From an uncultured Christensenella sp. (GTDB lineage Bacteria; Bacillota; Clostridia; Christensenellales; DTU072), in assembly GCA_964418255.1 (NCBI GenBank), contig CAYQKV010000005.1, positions 16,956 to 80,955 on the forward strand: a stretch of 64,000 bases of DNA, read 5' to 3'. How positions within the stretch are numbered: position 1 is the first letter of the stretch; each line of letters begins with the position of its first letter. The position numbers and the translations under genes were made by a program. The notes beneath the pieces are model-generated. The model did not search any database and had not been told where the DNA came from. It worked only from the letters and a program-made list of their open reading frames with translations. Positions 17,601-28,086 of the stretch are shown here, piece after piece.

Positions 17601-17635
17601 TTTTATTCCTCCGATTCCGATTTACCTATCTATCG

Positions 17636-18547
17636 TCACAAACGGCAGAAAAATCTGTAATAATCCCCTGCTATTCTGTCCGCCTTTTCCTCGATTGTTT
17701 CATCTTTAAGCCATATCGCTGTCTCTATGCTTTTGAACCACGTTATCTGCCGTTTGGCGTAATTTCTCGTATGCTGCATTATCTTTTCCGTTACGTCCAT
17801 TATTGTCGCTTCTCCGTCGAAATACGGCTTGAATTCCTTATACCCTATGGCTTGCATACTCTGACAATCGAAAGTTACATTTTTATCGCGCAACAATGCG
17901 GAAACTTCCTCTTCCAGCCCGCTTTCGAACATCTTTTTTACCCGCAAATTTATCTTTTCGTAAAGCAATTCCCTTTCTTCTCCGCCGAGCGCGTAAACGA
18001 GCGCGGGAATCGTAAATTCGCGGTCGCACTTCTCCACAAGCGACTCGCCTGTCAAAATTTTGACTTCGAGCGCGCGTAAAACGCGCTTTACGTTGTTTTT
18101 ATGAATGATTTCCCCTGCTTTCGGGTCAATATCGCAAAGCCTTTCGTGCATATGCTCCGCGCTTGTGCGCTTATACTCTTCTATAAGCTCCATCCGCAAA
18201 TTATTGTCGTTTTTGAACGGAGAATAACCGTATAAAAGAGAATTTATATACAAGCCAGTGCCCCCTACAACTATGGGCACTTTGCCCCTGCTTTTTACGT
18301 CTTCGATTATTTCTGTAGCTTTCTTCTTATACTCGGCCACGCTGTAATTCGCGTCGGGGTCGACGATATCTATCATATGATGGACTATTCCGCCCATTTC
18401 TTCTTCCGACGGTTTTGCCGTTCCTATGTTCATATAACGGTATATCTGCATCGAATCCGCGCCGATTATTTCTCCGTTTATTTTTTTCGCAACTTCCACT
18501 CCGAGCGCGCTTTTACCAGTTGCCGTCGCGCCGCCGATAACAATCAT
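17636..18547 (-). CDS. miaA: tRNA dimethylallyltransferase
   Basis: It has the P-loop GATATGKS and the MQIY...IGTAKP motif. The ATG at 18547 has a GAGGTG SD; the TTG at 18565 would overlap mutL. Confidence 0.93.
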   Translation of the reverse strand: MIVIGGATATGKSALGVEVAKKINGEIIGADSMQIYRYMNIGTAKPSEEEMGGIVHHMIDIVDPDANYSVAEYKKKATEIIEDVKSRGKVPIVVGGTGLYINSLLYGYSPFKNDNNLRMELIEEYKRTSAEHMHERLCDIDPKAGEIIHKNNVKRVLRALEVKILTGESLVEKCDREFTIPALVYALGGEERELLYEKINLRVKKMFESGLEEEVSALLRDKNVTFDCQSMQAIGYKEFKPYFDGEATIMDVTEKIMQHTRNYAKRQITWFKSIETAIWLKDETIEEKADRIAGDYYRFFCRL

Positions 18548-18561
18548 TGCCGCAACACCTC

Positions 18562-20640
18562 TCAAACTATACGCTTAAACCATTTTTCCACGTCGTTTTG
18601 GGCGAACATAATGATAGTCGGTCTTCCGTGCGGGCACTGCAACGGCATATTTTCCTTGAAGAAATACTGCATAACATAGTCGATTTCTTCCTGCGACAGC
18701 CTCATTCCTCCCTTAATCGCGCTACGGCACGCTATTCTTGCAAATCTTGCCTTTACCTTTGACAAATCTTTGAGATGACGTATTTCTCCGCCCTGTTCGA
18801 GTACCGAGTAAACAAAGTCGTCGAGGTCGATATCCGCAAGTATGCACGGCGCGGATACTATTTCGAGACTGCCGTTTTGAACTATTATATCAAAACCCAA
18901 CGTCCACAAATTTTCTTCGTTACTTTTGAAAATCTCGAGTTCTTCATCCGAAAGTTGTTTATAATAAGGCACGACGAAACTTTGCGCGCGCATATGTTTG
19001 TCGCAATCTTCCAGAAGTTTATCATAGAGAATTCTTTCGTGTGCGGCGTGTTGGTCGATAAAAAACAGTTTTTTTTCGCTTTCTACGATGATATACGTAT
19101 CGAAAACCTGTCCCACAACGCGATATTGCGCCCTTATATTCTCCTCTTCGTCGGAAATAAGCGTATCCTGATATTCGCGCTGTATTCCGCGCAAAGTTTC
19201 CTCTTCCTGCACCGCCTCTTCTTCGTCTACGTACGCGGGCGCAAATTTTTTACCCGACGAAACGTCTTTAGAATAAGGATTACGGGCAAGCTGTCCGATA
19301 ATTTCGGGAGGAAGCCCTTCGAGAAGCATTTCTTTTGGCAACGGAGGCGGCGCGTGATAGGGTTCCGACGGTTCTCCGTTTTCAAAAAGTTTGTCGTCGT
19401 TTTCGTAATATTCTGGCGGGAAAATCTGATAATTCCGTTCTTTTTTCTTCTTTATCGGTCCGAGGTCGCTTTCGCTCACCGAATATTTTTTCATCAGCTC
19501 TTTGATTTTCGTCTTTGATACGTCCGCAACCATTACGTCGTTTCCGTCGTCTACCACGTCCATAACGCGTTGAAGCGTAAAGCAAATGTCCTCTTTCGTT
19601 TCCGGCGAAAGCAACATTCCGAGCCGCATTTCTTCTTCCCGTTCCTCTTCGTCCTTTTCGAGAGCTTTTTTGATTGCTCCGTAAATCATTCCGTTAAGTA
19701 TTTTCTTCTCGGCAAAGCGAACTTCTTTTTTTCCCGGATGAACGTTGACGTCGACTTCGTCGAACGGCATAACGATGTCGATGACGGCAACCGGAAAAGT
19801 CCGTTTCATAAGCCTTTCTCCGTATGCGTTTTGTATAACCGAAGGAATATTCTGGTCGATAAACACCCTGCCGTTTACGATATAAACCTGCTTGTTACGG
19901 TTTCCCTGTATCGCGTCCGTGGCGGGACGCCCTACATAACCCTTAATAGTGTAATTCTTCTCAGCGGTCTGAAAAAAGATAAGATTATTGCAAATATCGT
20001 CGCCGAACACCGCATATAGCGCGTTATCCATTCCCGAACCGTTGGTATAGCAAACTTGTTTTCCGTCAACTACATACTTAAAGGAAACGTCGGGGTTTGC
20101 AATCATAAGTTCGTGTATAAGTTTCGTAACCGCGCTTTCTTCTCCTTTGGGCGGTTTGAGAAACTTGAATCTTGCAGGAGTGTTGTAAAAAAGGGATTCG
20201 ACGCGAATCGACGTACCTAAGTTCAACGCACAATCTCCTTCTCCAACGATTTCTCCGCCGTTTACGCGTATAAAACCCGCTACTTCTTCGTCGAGAAAAC
20301 GACTTTTTATCTCTAATTTACTTACGCTTGCAATCGAAGCAAGCGCTTCCCCTCTGAAACCGAGCGTGGCAATCGTTTCCAAATCTTCCGCGCAGGAAAT
20401 CTTGCTCGTCGCGTGCGGCATAACCGCAAGACGAAGGTCGTCTTTTTCTATTCCGCAACCGTCGTCAGTTATGTTTATAGACTTTATCCCGCCGCTCTCA
20501 ATGGAAACGACTATATGTTTCGCTCCCGCGTCTATGCTGTTTTCGGCAAGTTCTTTGACGATTGACGCGGGATTTTCCACTACTTCGCCCGCCGACAACC
20601 TGTTATATACCGATTTATCGAGTTGATTTATTTTACCCAA
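18562..20640 (-). CDS. mutL: DNA mismatch repair protein MutL
   Basis: It has a GHKL ATPase N-terminus (ELAENSIDAG, GFRGEAL) and the C-terminal endonuclease-type motif DQHAAHERI. Confidence 0.95.
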   Translation of the reverse strand: MGKINQLDKSVYNRLSAGEVVENPASIVKELAENSIDAGAKHIVVSIESGGIKSINITDDGCGIEKDDLRLAVMPHATSKISCAEDLETIATLGFRGEALASIASVSKLEIKSRFLDEEVAGFIRVNGGEIVGEGDCALNLGTSIRVESLFYNTPARFKFLKPPKGEESAVTKLIHELMIANPDVSFKYVVDGKQVCYTNGSGMDNALYAVFGDDICNNLIFFQTAEKNYTIKGYVGRPATDAIQGNRNKQVYIVNGRVFIDQNIPSVIQNAYGERLMKRTFPVAVIDIVMPFDEVDVNVHPGKKEVRFAEKKILNGMIYGAIKKALEKDEEEREEEMRLGMLLSPETKEDICFTLQRVMDVVDDGNDVMVADVSKTKIKELMKKYSVSESDLGPIKKKKERNYQIFPPEYYENDDKLFENGEPSEPYHAPPPLPKEMLLEGLPPEIIGQLARNPYSKDVSSGKKFAPAYVDEEEAVQEEETLRGIQREYQDTLISDEEENIRAQYRVVGQVFDTYIIVESEKKLFFIDQHAAHERILYDKLLEDCDKHMRAQSFVVPYYKQLSDEELEIFKSNEENLWTLGFDIIVQNGSLEIVSAPCILADIDLDDFVYSVLEQGGEIRHLKDLSKVKARFARIACRSAIKGGMRLSQEEIDYVMQYFFKENMPLQCPHGRPTIIMFAQNDVEKWFKRIV

Positions 20641-20650
20641 TGCAATACCC

Positions 20651-23293
20651 TCATTTCAGTAGTTTTTTCATATCGGAAAGTATGGTAAGCGCCTCTATAG
20701 GCGTGCACCTGTTAAGGTCTGTGCCTTTAAGCATACGCTTGATTTCGGTAAACGTTTCGTCTTCGGGGAACATAGAAATCTGGTCGCATATAACCGCCGT
20801 TTCGCGAGCGCAGGAACTCATTTTCTCTTTCAAATCTCCGCTCAATTCGTGCGTTTCCGAAAGCGTTGCGAGAATATCTTTCGCGCGCTTTATTACTTCG
20901 TCTTTGACCCCCGCAAGCAGCGCGACTTCTATACCGAAACTTCGGTTGGCGCCCCCTCTTGCGATTTTATAGAGAAATACTATCCCGTTTCCGTTTTCCT
21001 GAATAAGCACGCGATAGTTCTTTATGCCTTTCAGTAACTTTTCAAGTTCGCTCAATTCGTGATAATGCGTCGCGAACAAAGTTTTCGCTTTGATTTTCAA
21101 GAGTATGTGTTCAACGATAGCCCACGCAATGCTCAGTCCGTCGAGCGTGGACGTTCCTCTTCCGATTTCGTCGAGAATAAGTAAACTTCTGCTCGTAGCG
21201 TTATTCAGAATATTAGCCATTTCGAGCATTTCTACCATAAACGTACTCTGTCCTCTTACAAGGTTGTCGCTTGCCCCTACTCTCGTAAATATCCTGTCGA
21301 CAATCCCTATCTCCGCTTTTGCCGCAGGCACAAAACTTCCTATATGCGCAAGAAGCGTTATTACGGCAACTTGTCTTATGTAAGTGCTTTTACCCGCCAT
21401 ATTGGGACCGGTTATTATCGCAACGGGATTATTCTTTTCGAGCAAAGTGTCATTAGCGACGTATTCGTTTGCTTTCAAGAGACATTCCACTACGGGATGT
21501 CTTCCGTCGACTATGTTTATAGCTCCGTTATCGGAAATTTTCGGTTTAACGTAATTGTTTACTTCCGCAACTTCGGCTAACGAATATACGGCGTCGAGGG
21601 AAGCAACTATATCCGCGTCGGTTTTGATTTCTTTGATTTTCGAAAACAGATAGTTTTTAAGTTCGGCAAAAATCGCTTCCTCTAAACTCAAAGATTTTTC
21701 GCTCGCTCCGAGAATTTCTTTTTCAAGCTCCATAAGCTCGTTATTCGTGTAACGCTCCGCGTTAGTAATCGTCTGTTTTCGAATATAATCGGAAGGCAAA
21801 TTTTCCGTAATTTTCGATTTGGTAATTTCGATATAATACCCGAAGACGCGGTTAAAACCGACTCTGAGCGACGGTATCCCCGTCAACTGTTTTTGCTTTT
21901 CGGCAAATTCGGAAATAATTGCACCCGAATTGATATTTATCATTCGCAGATTATCGAGTTCTTCGTTAAAACCGCCGCGGATATAATTTCCGTCTTTCGT
22001 CGTAGGCGGCGCGGAAGGATTTATCGTTTTTTCAAGACGGGTCGCAACTTCGCCTAAATCGATGAATTTATCGCTGAGTTCGGTAAAAAACCGAGCTTTT
22101 GTTTTTGACATAATCTTTTCAAGCGCAGGAAGTTCTTTCAGCGATTCGCATAACGCGTTACAACCTCTCGGCGTAATCGTACCGTAAGAAATCTTAGTAA
22201 CAAGCCTCTCTATATCTTTGATTTTCGACAACAAAACGGCAAGGCTGTTTCTGAGCGTATGGTTTCGTACGAGTTCTCCCACCGCGTTCTGTCTCAATTC
22301 TATATCCTCGATTTTCTGCAACGGGTGAAGCAGCCAGTTGCGGAGTTTTCTTGCTCCCATACCGGTTTTCGTCTTGTCGATAACCCATAAAAGACTGCCG
22401 TTGCGTTTGCCGTCGGCAAGGGTTTCGGTGAGTTCGAGATTTTTCCTCGTATTGAAATCGATATACATTTCGTCCGCTTCTTCTTCGAACGCGGGAACGG
22501 ATATATGAGTAAGGCTTCTTTTCTGAGTATTGACCACATATTCGAGCAAACCGCCAAGCGCACAGACGGCAAGCTCCTCTCCGTCGAGTCCGAGCGCTTC
22601 GAGTCCGAACGCGTTAAATTGTTTCAACAACCGCTCCTTAGCGTTTGCAAAATCGAAACTGTAATCGTAAAAAGGAGTAAACTTAGCAAGCCTTTCGCAA
22701 ACCACGCTGTTTAACCTTTTCCCTTCTCGACATATCGTTTCGTTTGCGATTATTTCGCTCGGCATAATGTTAAGAAGAAAATCTTCAACGTCAGTAAGCG
22801 TAGCTTCGGCAAATTTTTTAACCTTGAATTCTCCGGTAACTATATCAAGCATCGCCACCGCGTAAGAAGTTTCTTCTTTACTCCTTGCAATCGAAACGAG
22901 ATAATGATTCATCGTTCCGTCAAGCATTTCTTCTATCGTATTCGTTCCGGGCGTTATAACGCGAATAATATCCCTTTTAAGCATTCCTTTCTGGTCGCCG
23001 GGATTAGTTAACTGCTCGCAAATAGCAACTTTTTCTCCCGCGGCAAGCAGTCTTGCGATGTAATTATCCACGGCGTGGTAAGGAACGCCGCACATAGGCG
23101 CTCTCTCCGCTTTGCCGCAATCTCTGCCCGTAAGCGTAAGGTCGAGAATTTTACTGGCTTTTATCGCGTCGTCGAAAAACATTTCATAAAAATCGCCGAG
23201 CCGATAAAGAATTATCGCGTCGGGATTTTTAGCCTTGATTTCCTGATAATGCTCCATCATAGGAGAAAACTTTTTCTCTTTTTCCGCCGTCAT
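20651..23293 (-). CDS. mutS: DNA mismatch repair protein MutS
   Basis: It has SPMMEHYQEIK, Walker A GPNMAGKST, and DEIGRGTST. The ATG at 23293 overlaps the miaB stop (ATGA). Confidence 0.95.
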   Translation of the reverse strand: MTAEKEKKFSPMMEHYQEIKAKNPDAIILYRLGDFYEMFFDDAIKASKILDLTLTGRDCGKAERAPMCGVPYHAVDNYIARLLAAGEKVAICEQLTNPGDQKGMLKRDIIRVITPGTNTIEEMLDGTMNHYLVSIARSKEETSYAVAMLDIVTGEFKVKKFAEATLTDVEDFLLNIMPSEIIANETICREGKRLNSVVCERLAKFTPFYDYSFDFANAKERLLKQFNAFGLEALGLDGEELAVCALGGLLEYVVNTQKRSLTHISVPAFEEEADEMYIDFNTRKNLELTETLADGKRNGSLLWVIDKTKTGMGARKLRNWLLHPLQKIEDIELRQNAVGELVRNHTLRNSLAVLLSKIKDIERLVTKISYGTITPRGCNALCESLKELPALEKIMSKTKARFFTELSDKFIDLGEVATRLEKTINPSAPPTTKDGNYIRGGFNEELDNLRMININSGAIISEFAEKQKQLTGIPSLRVGFNRVFGYYIEITKSKITENLPSDYIRKQTITNAERYTNNELMELEKEILGASEKSLSLEEAIFAELKNYLFSKIKEIKTDADIVASLDAVYSLAEVAEVNNYVKPKISDNGAINIVDGRHPVVECLLKANEYVANDTLLEKNNPVAIITGPNMAGKSTYIRQVAVITLLAHIGSFVPAAKAEIGIVDRIFTRVGASDNLVRGQSTFMVEMLEMANILNNATSRSLLILDEIGRGTSTLDGLSIAWAIVEHILLKIKAKTLFATHYHELSELEKLLKGIKNYRVLIQENGNGIVFLYKIARGGANRSFGIEVALLAGVKDEVIKRAKDILATLSETHELSGDLKEKMSSCARETAVICDQISMFPEDETFTEIKRMLKGTDLNRCTPIEALTILSDMKKLLK

Positions 23294-24606
23294 TTTTCTA
23301 TTACTCCCCACAACGCCGACGAACGCGCCGACGTGATTTTTACGTTAGTGAATTTGCCTATAAGGTCTTTTTCTCCGTCGAAAGTGACCAGCCTACCGCT
23401 TTCGGTACGTCCGCAGACCGTTCCCGCTTTCTTCGGATTGATGTCTTCGACGAGAATTTCTTCCGTTTTTCCCACGTAATCGAGACTTTTTTTTGCGCTG
23501 ATTGAATTCTGCAACGCAACAAGCGCTTTAATTCGTTCCCGCTTGACTTCGTAAGGAAGTTGCTCCATCTTTGCAGCGACAGTCCCGTTTCGAGGAGAAT
23601 AAACAAACATAAACGCGTTCGAAAAGCCGACCTTTTCCACAAGGGACAACGTGTCCGCGAAATCTTCGTCGGTCTCTGTGGGAAAACCAACCATAATATC
23701 GCTCGTAATGCCTACGGAAGGTATTTTTTCGTAAATTTCGTCAATGATTTCAAGATAACGTTCTCGCGTATACTTGCGGTTCATAAGCCCTAAAATTCTG
23801 TCGCTTCCCGACTGAACGGGAAGATGAATGTTGTTGCATATATTCGGGTAGTTTTTTATTATGTCGATAACTCTTCCGTTAAAATCTTTCGGATGAGAAG
23901 TCATAAACCGTATTCGAAACTTTTTATCGATTTTAGCAACTTTTTCGAGAATATCGGCAAAATTATAACCGTCGTAGGAATAGGAATCTACATTCTGCCC
24001 GAGAAGAGTTATTTCTTTATATCCTTCCCCAACAAGATTTTCGACTTCGTTTACAATATCTTCGAATTTACGGCTTCTCTCTCTGCCTCTTACGTACGGA
24101 ACGATGCAATATGTGCAAAAATTGTTACAACCGTACATAATGTTTACCCACGCGTTGGTACCGCTCGTCCTGTATACGGGTAAATCCTCGCATATCTCGG
24201 GTTTCTCGGAAGCGGGAACGGATATTCTGCTTTTGACCTCGCGCGCCTCAATCATCGTAACGCATTTCGGCAATTCGTTCAGATTATTTGCCCCCAAAAC
24301 GATATTGACGAAGGGGAATTTCTTTCTGAGATTTTCCGCCGCGCCGCTTTGCTGCGTCATACACCCTACGACCGCGACTATAAGAGACGGTTTTTCTTTT
24401 TTTAAGTGTTTAATGTCTCCGATGTTTCCTAAAATTTTTTTCTCAGCGGTGTCGCGTATACAACAGGTGTTAAACACAATAATATCCGCGCTCGCCGCTT
24501 CGGTCGCTTCAGTATACCCGACCGAACGAAGCATCCCGGCAATTTTTTCCGACTCGTGAACGTTCATCTGGCAACCGTAAGTAAATATATAATAAAACTT
24601 ATTCAT
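23290..24606 (-). CDS. miaB: tRNA-i6A37 methylthiotransferase MiaB
   Basis: It has the UPF0004 N-terminus (TYGCQMN), the radical SAM motif CNNFCTYC and a C-terminal TRAM domain. Confidence 0.93.
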   Translation of the reverse strand: MNKFYYIFTYGCQMNVHESEKIAGMLRSVGYTEATEAASADIIVFNTCCIRDTAEKKILGNIGDIKHLKKEKPSLIVAVVGCMTQQSGAAENLRKKFPFVNIVLGANNLNELPKCVTMIEAREVKSRISVPASEKPEICEDLPVYRTSGTNAWVNIMYGCNNFCTYCIVPYVRGRERSRKFEDIVNEVENLVGEGYKEITLLGQNVDSYSYDGYNFADILEKVAKIDKKFRIRFMTSHPKDFNGRVIDIIKNYPNICNNIHLPVQSGSDRILGLMNRKYTRERYLEIIDEIYEKIPSVGITSDIMVGFPTETDEDFADTLSLVEKVGFSNAFMFVYSPRNGTVAAKMEQLPYEVKRERIKALVALQNSISAKKSLDYVGKTEEILVEDINPKKAGTVCGRTESGRLVTFDGEKDLIGKFTNVKITSARSSALWGVIEK

Positions 24607-24687
24607 AGCTCATATTATAAAATAAAAACCGAGAATAATCAAGCGATATTTGATAATCCCGCAGTCGTTGAAACATACTAACGGCAA

Positions 24688-26958
24688 ATGAAAAAAAGCG
24701 GAAAAAATTATTCTAAATTAGCAAAATTATTCTTAATTATATCGATTTTTATAATTATCATTGTTTCAATTATGTTCTTTTCCGTATATTTCTCAGCAAA
24801 ACTCGACAAAAATGCAATCATTTCCCCAAAAGCGGAAATTACCCTTGTCGACAGCAACGGAAAAGCAATAGAAAACAAACGATTATATAAATACGTCCGA
24901 TATGAAGATATCTCCCCCAATATAGTAAACGCTTTTGTCGCGCTCGAAGACAAAAGATTTTACTCGCATAGGGGCGTAGATTATTATCGAACAGCAGGCG
25001 CGCTAATTCAGGATATTAAAACCGCGTCGTTTAAGGAAGGCGGTTCGACGATTACTCAACAACTCGCAAAAAACACCCAGCTCAGCGGAGAAAAAACTCT
25101 CAAACGTAAAATCAAAGAACTTCGACTTGCGCGTATAATCGAAAAAAATTACACCAAAGAACAGATTATGGAAATGTATCTGAACGCAATCTATTTCGGA
25201 AGCGGCGTTTACGGAATAGACAGCGCTTGCAAGAATTATTTCGGCAAATCGCCTGCCGAGCTAACCCCTTCCGAAGGCGCGATATTAGCGGGAATTGTAA
25301 AAAATCCTTCCAACTACTCCCCTAAAAATAATCCTTCCGCCTCCGTCGAACGCAGAAACCTTGTTCTTAGACTTATGAAAGAACAAAACTATATCGACGA
25401 ATACACTTACGAACGTTCGATAAAAGAAAATTACGAAACGCCGAAGGATATTTCCGACGGGCAGATTTGCACGCCGTATTTTAATAACGCAATCAGCGAA
25501 GCGGCAAAATTGCTCGGCGTAACCGAAAAACAATTAATTTCTTCAAAATACGTTATCCACACCTACTACTCTCCCGAGTTACAACAAACGATATGTTCGT
25601 CAATGACGGCAAACGGATATAGAGCCGTAAATTCATCGGGCAATGAAGCGTCGCGTTACGCTCTGCTTGCCGACAACGAAAGCGGCGGCGTCTCCGCATA
25701 TTATTCCGACGACGAAATAAACGTTTTTCTTTTTCGCAGACAACCGGGGTCGGCCATCAAACCGATAATAGCCTATGCTCCGGCATTAGAATATGGTTTA
25801 ATAACAACAAAAACACCTGTTTTAGATGAAAAAATCGACATAAATGGTTATTCCCCCAAAAATTACGGCGGAAATTATTCCGGTTGGATTACCGCGGAAA
25901 GCGCAATGGCAAAATCGGTAAACACCGTAGCCGTTAAACTTTTCGACGAGCTCGGAAGCAAAAACTGTTTCGATTTTGCCACAAAATGCGGTTTAAGATT
26001 TTCGGATAACGACGGAACGGCGGCGGCTCTCGGCGGTTTAACAGACGGTTCGACCGCTATAGAACTAAGCGAAGCGTATATGACCCTCGCAAGCGGCGGA
26101 CAGCATAAAATAAATACTTTTATAAAAAAAATCGAAGATTCGAACGGAAAATTACTGTACGAACATAAAAAAAATATAACAAAAGCAATGTCGCAAGACA
26201 CGGCGTTTCTTACCACCACTATGCTTGAAAACACAGTGAAAAACGGTACCGCAAGCAAATTAAACGGCTTTTCCTACGCTATCGCGTCGAAGACCGGCAC
26301 CACACAGAGCGTCAAATGCGATAAGAACCTCGACGCCTGGAACGTAAGCTACACGACCGAGCACACGTTAACCGTATGGTACGGCGACGGAAAAAACACT
26401 GCGGAAACCGCAATCGAGACGACGGGAAGCGGTTACCCCACGCTTATGGCGCGAAAAATCTATTCGCTTCTTCCCGCTCCCGCAAAAAAAGATTTTGGAA
26501 TTCCCTCTTCGGTTTACAAAATGGAAATCGACGGCTTCGCCCTCGAAAAAGACCACGAACTTTACCTTAGTAACGGTTTTACTCCCGAAATATATAAGGT
26601 TAATTCCTATTTTTCTCTCAAAAACTGCCCGTTAACTTGTTCCCCGTATTTCGATATAAACAACATAACTTTCAATGTGTTTAATAGCGGAGAAAGCCGC
26701 ACGGCGGAAATCGTGGCAGACGAACCATACAGTTATATTCTCGAAGAATACGATATGCTCGGCGGCATAAAAAACGAATACACATTTACCGAAAGCGGTT
26801 CATATACGCTTTTGCCGCCATCTGAAAACGCCATATACTCTTATCGTTTAGGCGTTTATTTCAACGGAAAAATTCTGGGCTATACCTCGAATTCACAAAA
26901 ACAGGATTTTAATTTTTACAATGCACCACTTCGACGCCGTCTATCGCGTCTTGTATAA
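24688..26958 (+). CDS. Class A penicillin-binding protein (glycosyltransferase plus transpeptidase)
   Basis: It has an N-terminal TM anchor, GT51 motifs (EDKRFYSHRGVD, GGSTITQQ), transpeptidase motifs (GSAIKP for SxxK, KTGTT), and an extra C-terminal beta-rich region. Confidence 0.9.
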   Translation: MKKSGKNYSKLAKLFLIISIFIIIIVSIMFFSVYFSAKLDKNAIISPKAEITLVDSNGKAIENKRLYKYVRYEDISPNIVNAFVALEDKRFYSHRGVDYYRTAGALIQDIKTASFKEGGSTITQQLAKNTQLSGEKTLKRKIKELRLARIIEKNYTKEQIMEMYLNAIYFGSGVYGIDSACKNYFGKSPAELTPSEGAILAGIVKNPSNYSPKNNPSASVERRNLVLRLMKEQNYIDEYTYERSIKENYETPKDISDGQICTPYFNNAISEAAKLLGVTEKQLISSKYVIHTYYSPELQQTICSSMTANGYRAVNSSGNEASRYALLADNESGGVSAYYSDDEINVFLFRRQPGSAIKPIIAYAPALEYGLITTKTPVLDEKIDINGYSPKNYGGNYSGWITAESAMAKSVNTVAVKLFDELGSKNCFDFATKCGLRFSDNDGTAAALGGLTDGSTAIELSEAYMTLASGGQHKINTFIKKIEDSNGKLLYEHKKNITKAMSQDTAFLTTTMLENTVKNGTASKLNGFSYAIASKTGTTQSVKCDKNLDAWNVSYTTEHTLTVWYGDGKNTAETAIETTGSGYPTLMARKIYSLLPAPAKKDFGIPSSVYKMEIDGFALEKDHELYLSNGFTPEIYKVNSYFSLKNCPLTCSPYFDINNITFNVFNSGESRTAEIVADEPYSYILEEYDMLGGIKNEYTFTESGSYTLLPPSENAIYSYRLGVYFNGKILGYTSNSQKQDFNFYNAPLRRRLSRLV

Positions 26959-28066
26959 GTTTTTCGCAATCGAGTTTTTCTTCATACTTTTTCGCCGCCT
27001 CTACGTCGGGACGAATTACGGGATTTTTCGGCAGAAATACGGTACAACAGTCTTCATAAGGTAGAATACTGGTTTCAAAAGTGCCTATTTTTCTCGCAAT
27101 ATCGATAATATCGGTTTTATCAAATCCGATAAGCGGTCTGAAAACGGGAGTCGTTACAACACTGTTCGTTACCGTTATACTCTCCATCGTCTGACTCGCC
27201 ACCTGTCCGAGGCTCTCGCCCGTAATTATCGCGCCGCACCCTTGTTCTCTCGCAATCCGTTCGGCAATACGCATCATAAACCGACGCATTAAAGTAATCA
27301 TATATTCAATCGGGCAGTTTTCTTTAATCGCGTATTGTATATCGGTAAAAGGCACGACAAAAAGAACAATCTCGCCGCAATAACCCGATATTTGCTTTGC
27401 AAGCTCGATAACTTTTTCTTTCGCCTGCTCGCTCGTAAACGGAAAACTGTGGTAATGCACCGCGTATATTTTCACTCCGCGTTTTGCCATAAGAAAACCT
27501 GCGACAGGGCTGTCAATCCCTCCGCTCAGTAAGAGCATCCCTTTCCCTCCGCATCCTACCGGGAGTCCGCCTTGACAAATGATTTTATCGTAATAAATAT
27601 AAGTCACGCCGTTTTCTCTTATATCTACGTTCACCTCAAAATCAAACTTATACAAGTCGACGGTAAGTTCGGGCGACGCGTCAAGCATTTTCTCCCCGAT
27701 ATTTCCCGCAATTTGCATAGAAGTAAGCGGTAACCTCTTGTCCGCGCGATTAACCGACACCCTGAATTTACCTTTTTTCGGGAAAAGCTCCGAGCATACA
27801 GCCGCTATTCTATCGAAGTCTGTCGGTATTTTAACGGCTACGCTTATGCTGTATATACCGAAAACCTTTTTCAATCTGTCGATAATTTCCGTTTCATCCT
27901 CTTCGGCATAGCGTTCTACGTACATTCTGTTTTGCGCTTGCAAAAGAACGCATTTAATACCTTTAAGAGCATTAGAAATATTACGTTTAAGCGTAGAAAT
28001 AAAAAATCCTTTATTGTTGCCTTTCAAAAAAATCTCGCCAATTCTTATCAGAATGGTTTTTTCCAT
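26909..28066 (-). CDS. thiI: tRNA 4-thiouridine synthase ThiI
   Basis: It has a THUMP-type N-terminus and the PP-loop LLSGGIDSPVA. Confidence 0.92.
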   Translation of the reverse strand: MEKTILIRIGEIFLKGNNKGFFISTLKRNISNALKGIKCVLLQAQNRMYVERYAEEDETEIIDRLKKVFGIYSISVAVKIPTDFDRIAAVCSELFPKKGKFRVSVNRADKRLPLTSMQIAGNIGEKMLDASPELTVDLYKFDFEVNVDIRENGVTYIYYDKIICQGGLPVGCGGKGMLLLSGGIDSPVAGFLMAKRGVKIYAVHYHSFPFTSEQAKEKVIELAKQISGYCGEIVLFVVPFTDIQYAIKENCPIEYMITLMRRFMMRIAERIAREQGCGAIITGESLGQVASQTMESITVTNSVVTTPVFRPLIGFDKTDIIDIARKIGTFETSILPYEDCCTVFLPKNPVIRPDVEAAKKYEEKLDCEKLIQDAIDGVEVVHCKN

Positions 28067-28086
28067 TTTTCACCTCAAATATTATT

